From: Gracilinanus agilis
Taxonomy: Eukaryota
Assembly: GCF_016433145.1 (NCBI RefSeq)
Contig: NC_058130.1
Coordinates: forward strand, 493,838,617 to 493,902,616
Reading direction: 5' to 3'
DNA: 64,000 bases
Part shown: in pieces, positions 62,631 to 64,000 of the stretch
Numbering within the stretch: the stretch's first letter is position 1
Layout of the letters: every line of letters begins with the position of its first letter
Translations under genes and position numbers: made by a program
Notes under the pieces: model-generated
What the model was told of the DNA's origin: nothing
The model's database searches: none
Seen by the model: the letters and a program-made list of their open reading frames with translations, nothing else

Positions 62631-64000
62631 AGTAACTTCTTCCCCATTTCTGTTGACATCTTTAAGCAGATTTTATATTTATTTGAGACCAGCATTTGGT
62701 TTATGTGTCTTTCTGTGTAGTGTGGCAACTGGGCCAAACATTTTAAGAAATGTACCATTTGTCACAAAAGCCAAACATTTTAGGTCAATTTGATTAGAAA
62801 GAAAAAAATAACTCCTCTCCTCCCCTAACATCCCCCAACTTAAGAGTAATTGACTTCAAGAAATCCAAGGAAAACAACCTTGGTTTGATAGAGATTTTTG
62901 CCTTTCAACTAGCTGAACTGGCATCTTGTGGACACAGTATAATTAGGGGATAAAACCAGAATACCTACTTGGTGAGTTGCCCTACTTTTAACAGCTAACA
63001 AAAAAACTGTACCGAATAGCATGTTCACAAGGAAACTTTGTTTTTGGTTAGCATTTCCCTTTCCTCTTCTCCATCAAGGATAAATTTGGCTTTCTGTGAA
63101 TAAAACACTAAATTTGCCATAGCTTTCTCTATAGCTCTAAGATAAACATACTTTGGCTAATCAGTTGAAGGCCTTTCTTTAGAAAGAATGCCATTTTGTA
63201 GGCATCACAAAACTACACTATGAATGAACACCTAACAGCAAGGACTAGTATGAGAGCATTTAAATCCTTACCACTCAGTCTCCCTTCTAAACCTTGGCTT
63301 AAGTTTCACATTGTAGCATAATACAATATGTGTCTGAGTGCTGAGTTTCCATTAAACATTTCCTCGGCAGCTTACATGGAAGGAATCAACTATGTTGTAC
63401 ATGCTTTCACAAATAAACTTAGGCTTGAAATTCATGAGAACAAGAGCAAAATTTTAATAATTTTTTTGATCAATATCAACCTTATCGTAAATAAAGAAAA
63501 GGATGTCATGTGCTTTTAATTTTACATGTCTTTATATGGCAAGCATTGCATTCAGTAATTTTCAAAAGTAGCTTGACTTTACATACTAGTTTACCTTCCT
63601 AATTATTCTTGTGCCCAGCAGTTTGGTAGATGACATCTGAGACGACTAGTACAAGGTATTCACTGGTTGATATAGTTTGACAGCAGAATGAAATCTGGCA
63701 CTTCATAATGCATTATTAATGCACACAAATATTACACCAAGAATGAGGTAGGGATCAGCAAAGGGTGAAGTGTCAGTTGCTATGACACCAGTCAGTTCAA
63801 ACTAAGGTTCTAAGAGCTTTTCACTTGTTCCAGAATAGTCATGAGAAAAATATAAGGGCAAATATTTGAAATGCATGATCCGAAAGCTTATGTACAAATC
63901 TAGGGCTGTGTTGCCAAAGTGAAAAACAAAAGAGTTATACAATAATCAGATGAATTTCTGCCAGTCCACATAGTTCACCTGAAAGAAGTTTTGCTTTGTT

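Noticed and set aside
63787-63803. DR5-like AGTTCA-aacta-AGGTTC as a possible retinoic acid response element
   Set aside because: The second half-site deviates from RGKTCA. No convincing RARE was found in the window by eye.
57181-64000. Search for RDH10 exons 1-2 (NNAG and TGxxxGxG motifs)
   Set aside because: Not found by eye. They presumably lie beyond the right edge of the window.

Overview
This is eukaryotic genomic DNA from a marsupial. The SINE1_Mdo-type and Mar1-type SINEs and the Monodelphis-type L1 3' ends point to a didelphid, most likely Monodelphis domestica (inference). The only protein-coding gene I can support is RDH10 (retinol dehydrogenase 10, SDR family) on the minus strand. 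Coding exons 3-6 are present (57082-57180, 55140-55285, 52884-53015, 52605-52728). They have canonical AG/GT boundaries, join in frame to 166 aa ending ...[12 protein letters not shown], and include the YCASK catalytic motif. The 3' UTR follows, and exons 1-2 lie beyond the right edge. The ORF track misses these exons. The remaining ~51 kb downstream of RDH10 is repeat-rich and CpG-poor intergenic DNA (L1, HAL1-like, L2, L3/CR1, MIR/Mar1, SINE1, RTE-related SINEs, solo LTRs, hAT MITEs, microsatellites), with two assembly gaps. I found no new protein-coding system. The most interesting non-genic signals are: (1) a 196-bp palindromic hAT MITE built from two perfectly inverted 59-bp mini-elements (four TIRs, one outer 8-bp TSD); (2) a second hAT MITE carrying three CTCF-like motifs in divergent orientation; (3) an orphan CpG-rich island ~4.6-5.2 kb past the RDH10 stop codon with octamer, SP/KLF and BANP-like motifs; (4) a tight ETS/E-box/RUNX/NF-kB motif cluster; (5) a very young SINE with a 41-nt pure poly(A) tail; (6) an old local duplication datable by a later L1 insertion. 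Repeat family names come from recognition, not a database search, and their boundaries are approximate unless a TSD is given.
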